From the NCBI GenBank assembly GCA_951406725.2, contig OX597827.1:49476001-49540000 (forward strand): 64,000 nucleotides of DNA, given 5' to 3'. The position numbers and the translations under genes are program-made. This document shows, piece after piece, positions 59,016 to 64,000 of the stretch. Below the pieces are notes generated by a model. It did no database searches and was not told where the DNA came from. It was given only the letters and a program-made list of their open reading frames with translations. Source of the DNA: Octopus vulgaris (taxonomy: Eukaryota). How positions within the stretch are numbered: the stretch's first letter is position 1; each line of letters starts with the position of its first letter.

Positions 59016-59374
59016 GCTGTGTGGTAAGTTCAGTCCCACTGTATGGCACCTTGGGCAAGTGTCTTCTACTATAGCCCCAGGCTGACCAAAGCTTTCTGAG
59101 TAGATTTGGTAGATGGAAACTGAAAGAAGCCCGTTGTATATATATATATATATAAATATATGTATGTGTGTGTGTCTGTATTTGTTCCCCCACATCACTT
59201 GACAACTGATGCTGGTGTGTTTACGTCCCCGTAACTTAGCAGTTTGGCAACAGAGGCCAATAGAATAAGTACTAGGCTTACAAAGAATAAGTCCTGGAAT
59301 CGATTTGCTCAACTAAAGGTGGTGCTCCAGCATGGCCAATGTCAAATGACTGAAACAAATAGAAAAATAAAAGA
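59016..59374 (+). mobile_element. SINE of the dominant family
   Basis: Homologous to 39267-39650. Confidence 0.75.
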
Positions 59375-61173
59375 ACAAGCGAATAAACTTCTAGAAGGAT
59401 GTATAATTTTCATATCTTGTCACATTTATTGACAGGTATTAAAGCCCGAAACTTTGGTTGCCTTAATTTCAGGACATCCTGTATATATCATCATCATCAC
59501 CATCGTTAACATCCGTTTTCCATGCTGGCATGGGTTGGACGGTTTGACTGAGGACTAGCAAGCCAGTAGGCTGCACCTGGCTCCAATCTGATCTGGCAAG
59601 ATTTCTACAGCTGGATGCCCTTCCTAATACCAACCACTCTGAGTGTAGTGGGTGCTTTCTATAGGCCACCGGCAGGGAGCTAGTCAGGGGTCACTGGCAT
59701 TAACCACATTTGGATGGTGCTTTTTACATGCCACTGGCATGGGAGCCAGTCAAGGGGCTCTAATCCTATATATACTCTCTTAAGTTAGGCATCTATTTTT
59801 AGCTATCCTTACTGACCACTGAACTAAATATTCTTTCTGACCACACCAAACCTAGAATTCATCTATTTAATTAAGGGCCATAAATATCTTCCTCTTCCAC
59901 TCTACCAAAACCTTAATGCCTGACTTCTCACCCTAAATTGAACTTAACGAGGAATAACACTGGCATCTTATCTTTATCTTTAATTTTGATTTTTGATTTT
60001 ATTTTTATTTCACCCTCATTCATTCTTTCCCCGCACCTATCCCATTCTTTTCTTTCTTTCTCCTCTCTCTTCTATTCACTCACTCACAACCCATATCTGT
60101 CTATCATGATGTCTGTCTTTCTCACTCTATATACCCACTTGGACAATTTTCATACTAGCTAACCTTTTATTCAAAATACTGCCAAAATACTGCCTGGGAT
60201 TATACTTAAGGACCTATACCTTCACAGAAGTACAGACCAACCTCCATACCCTCTGGAAGATGTGAACTTTATTCCCCTCTCTGTATTCTTCAATCTACTG
60301 TTTTCCTCTCTATTCTTCGATCTACAATTTTATTCCTTTATAAACTGTGAATCTTTCATATATACTCACCTTGTTTCTGATGATCGAATAGCCAGTGTAC
60401 AGACATGCTAGCCTATAACTTGGGATACCCCAGAAACAACTCTAATTAATTAATTAACTAATTAATTACCTCAAATCATTAAATGTTCTAAATGACATGA
60501 GGTACTCGTCTTGCCTTGGTTTTTGTTGCTATTTTTCTTTTAATATATACTGCTAATACGGAAGCTTAATACGGATGCCAAGCTCCAGCCTCAGCTGTGA
60601 ACTTGGAACTTAACGGATGACCAATTATAGCACTTACACAGTGTACCTATTCGTTTAGATCATCAGTGAACTAAACCCCCTTCATATATATATACTTTTA
60701 TCTTATACTAAACTTTTTAATACTTTTTGATAGTTATACATATTTAATAAAATAAATAAATAAATAAATAAAATAAAAAAAATGAAAAATAAATAAAAAT
60801 AAAAATAAAAATTTATAAATATAAATTAATGATTTTAATTTTAAAATTAAATAATTTAAATTTTTAAATTTTATATTTTATATATATTGTATATTATATT
60901 AATTATTTTTATTTTTATGTTTTGGTTTATGTTTTTCACTGTTTGATTTGCCTAATAGTGGTTTTATCTCTAACTTAATTTATATATAAATATGTGTGTG
61001 TGTGTGTATATTATATATATATAGACATACATATATACATATATATATATGTATATATAAATACATATGTATATATGTATATATAAATATATATGTATAT
61101 ATATGTGTATATGTGTGTATATATATGTATATACATATATATACATATATATATAAATTATATATATATATGT

Positions 61174-61227
<54 letters not shown>

Positions 61228-61387
61228 GTGTACATATAAATATATAATATATATATATATATATATGTATATATATGTATATACATATATATACACACAT
61301 ACAAATATATACATAAATATATATATATATGCATATATACATGCATATATGTGTGTGTGTGAATGTATGTATATATTCTTTTATTTT

Positions 61388-61842
61388 TTTACTTATTTTG
61401 GTCATCTGATGATGGCCATGCTGGAGCACTGCCTTTAGTCAAACAAATTAACCCCAGGACTCATTCTTTGTAAGCCTACTACTTATTCTATCAGTCTCTT
61501 TTACCAGACCACTTTGTTACAGGGATGTAAACACACCAACAACAGTTGTCAAGCAATGGTGGGGAGAGGGACAAACACAGACACACAAATACACACACAT
61601 ATAAATAAATATATATATATACATATATATACATATACATATATATACATATACATACATATACATATATATACATATACATATATATATACATATATAT
61701 ACATATACATACATATACATATATATACATATACATATATATATACATATACATATATATATATATATACATATACATACCAGCATGGCCACAGCTCATA
61801 AGCTGAAACTAGAATCAATCAATCAATCAATCAATCATATAC

Positions 61843-61887
<45 letters not shown>

Positions 61888-61940
61888 CCCCACCACCAAT
61901 ACCGATGAACCCGTGCTAGCGCGGAAAGCGGACGTTAAAC

Positions 61941-61976
<36 letters not shown>

Positions 61977-61989
61977 ACATAACACACAC

Positions 61990-62033
<44 letters not shown>

Positions 62034-62166
62034 GACGGGCTCTTCTCAGTTACCATCTACCAAATCCACTCACAAGGCTATGCTATAGTAGAAGACATTT
62101 GCCCAAGATGCCACGCAGAGTGACCGAACCCAGAACCATGTGGTTGGGAAGCAAGCTTCCTACCAC
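61388..62166 (-). mobile_element. SINE of the dominant family with secondary insertions in its internal microsatellite
   Basis: Both SINE halves are present; the middle holds a LINE-tail fragment (61780-61837) and a (GAT)n-tailed fragment (about 61890-61976). Confidence 0.75.
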
Positions 62167-62252
62167 ACACACACACACATACAAATTTACTCATAAATGT
62201 TTACATACATATTACATCTTTAAAAAACTACATAAACGTGTTTGTGTGTGTA

Positions 62253-62294
<42 letters not shown>

Positions 62295-63377
62295 TATGTG
62301 TGTTTCATTATAGATCCTGTCTAATGATTATATAAAAGATGCAAGTGTTAATAGACTACTCAGCTATTTAAGATATAATTCAAAAGACAGGTAAGCTTCT
62401 ATGATTAAACTAATTGGCAACATCGTTAAAACTAAATGAAATTCTATACACACCACTTTTGCTATTGATGTATTACAAGGAGGTATTATATATCTTATTG
62501 TTGCCGTTTAGCCCCAGGTCAGTCGTGATCAAGCATTCTGCCCATGACAATCCAATCAATTTTTTTAGGTTTACTGTACTCCAGACTACATTATCCAATG
62601 TGTTCTTTCTTTTCAAACAGTATGATGAAGTTTGAGGGAGTTTTAACTGTTATTTCTTGCATGCTGAACAACTTTCCAGAAGCTTCCTTATTGACCTGTT
62701 TAAGTGCTGTACAAGATGTACATACGTGTGTAAAAATCTGTGTAAGTGATCCATTAAATGACATTAGAGCCATCCTCGTTAAGTGTTGTGTGTGTGTGTG
62801 TGTGTGTGAATGCTTACATGTATATGTTCACGTCTACATGAATAAACATCATCATGACAAGTATGCAAGTATTTTCGGAAATAGAAGGAAGGAAAAAAAA
62901 ACAAAAAACTCCCCAGTTGTAATAGCTTTGAAGAGGATAGAAATTTCCTTTCCTCAGTGTGGGGTTTCCCAACAGGGATTGTATGTTGATTGGAACAGAA
63001 TTAGCCAATCAGAAACAAGGGAGGCAAATATCAGTTTATATATATATATATATAGAAAAGGATTTCATTCCATGGAGTGTTACACTTTCATTCAGTCAGG
63101 CAGAGTGCTGAGATTGAAAAAAAAATTTTTCTCTTTTACTTTATTTTATAAGATTTCCTCTTTACTAGAGAGAAGAGTGAAGTTGTAAGGCATTACTAAT
63201 GAAAACAGAAGGACACTGACATGTACTAGCAGTAGATATCTGAATTATTTGACTCACAACAGACTGAGCAGTATCTGTAGACAATAAACAATACTAACAA
63301 CAACAAGAACAATAATAATAAACACAGCAAATCATAATACATAAATCACTCTCCTTCATATTTACATAATACAAACA

Positions 63378-63883
63378 ATGACATACAAACTGTACTTCTT
63401 CTGCGTGTGCGCAGTATTATTCACAAAGTGCATACCTGGGGTGCTTAACCTTCAAACAAATAATTTGACCACTGCAAAACCTGAACCAGTCACAACCACC
63501 TTGGACACATACACAGCAACCCAAGAAGCCTTCACATCTAAATTTGAAGATGGAAGAGTAGAAGATGAAGATGAACAAGATCTACCTCAAAACAAAACAC
63601 AGATTAATGAAGATTTTATTTCTGCAATAAAGCTGAGAAAATTACTTTTCTCAACAATGACACCAATACTGTGTGCCCTTGGAATTCTTGGAAATATCAT
63701 GAACTTGATCGTACTCTGCCAGAAACAGATGAGAGGGTCTACCAACTGCTTCCTGATAGCACTTGCTGTTTCTGATATGATGCTTCTCGCCATGCAGATA
63801 GGACCCTTGATCGTATCCACTGAGAACGTTATTGGCTACTCACGAAAGTATATAATTACTTCTCGTTACTTAAGAATTATTCG
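63378..63883 (+). CDS. Class A (rhodopsin-like) peptide GPCR, FMRFamide/sex-peptide receptor-like, first coding exon
   Basis: ATG in context acaaacaATG. Hydrophobic N-terminus, T-rich ectodomain with NLT/NKT sequons, TM1 PILCALGILGNIMNLIVL (GN motif), ICL1 QKQMRGSTN, TM2 FLIALAVSD. Ends at canonical donor CG|gtgagt. Confidence 0.88.
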
Positions 63884-64000
63884 GTGAGTACTCACAAAAT
63901 TTTTTAATCTTTCTATTTGTGTTATGAAAATCAAATTGAAATGATTAATCTTTGTAAAAAGAAAACTAAAATGTGTGGTGGTTTATAAGTTTACAAATTT

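Noticed and set aside
60370-60445. CTGATGA...GAAACAACTCTA hammerhead-like remnant
   Set aside because: Core boxes are present but stems I and III do not pair; at most a dead relic.
60690-60965. Extremely AT-rich low-complexity stretch
   Set aside because: No structure or periodicity; looks like degenerate or low-quality sequence.
62544-63188. 214-aa ORF upstream of the GPCR
   Set aside because: Runs through (TG)n and poly-A/T tracts, has no domain features and ends before the GPCR ATG; probably chance, UTR or intron.

Overview
This is AT-rich, repeat-dense eukaryotic genomic DNA. The SINE, LINE and microsatellite content looks like an octopus or coleoid cephalopod (inference). The window lies almost entirely inside two ~26-27 kb introns of a minus-strand coiled-coil gene resembling FAM184A; five phase-compatible internal exons were found. 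The first coding exon of a plus-strand class A peptide GPCR (FMRFamide/sex-peptide receptor-like) starts at 63378 and is apparently nested antisense in that gene. The introns contain two CR1-group LINEs sitting in long (TA)n tracts, RTE and CR1 fragments, decayed Tc1/mariner copies, a MITE with an 8-bp TSD, a HINE/Helentron-like element and many tRNA-derived SINEs. The most striking feature is a very young 546-bp head-to-tail array (about 3.9 copies plus one inverted copy, 15150-17819). Every unit carries a type I hammerhead ribozyme motif, and the array abuts a decayed Penelope GIY-YIG endonuclease remnant, which gives it a retrozyme/pseudo-LTR-like architecture. Several other unrelated hammerhead-like motifs, often inside fold-backs next to (TA)n tracts, occur across the window. 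All calls were made by eye without database searches, and repeat boundaries are approximate.
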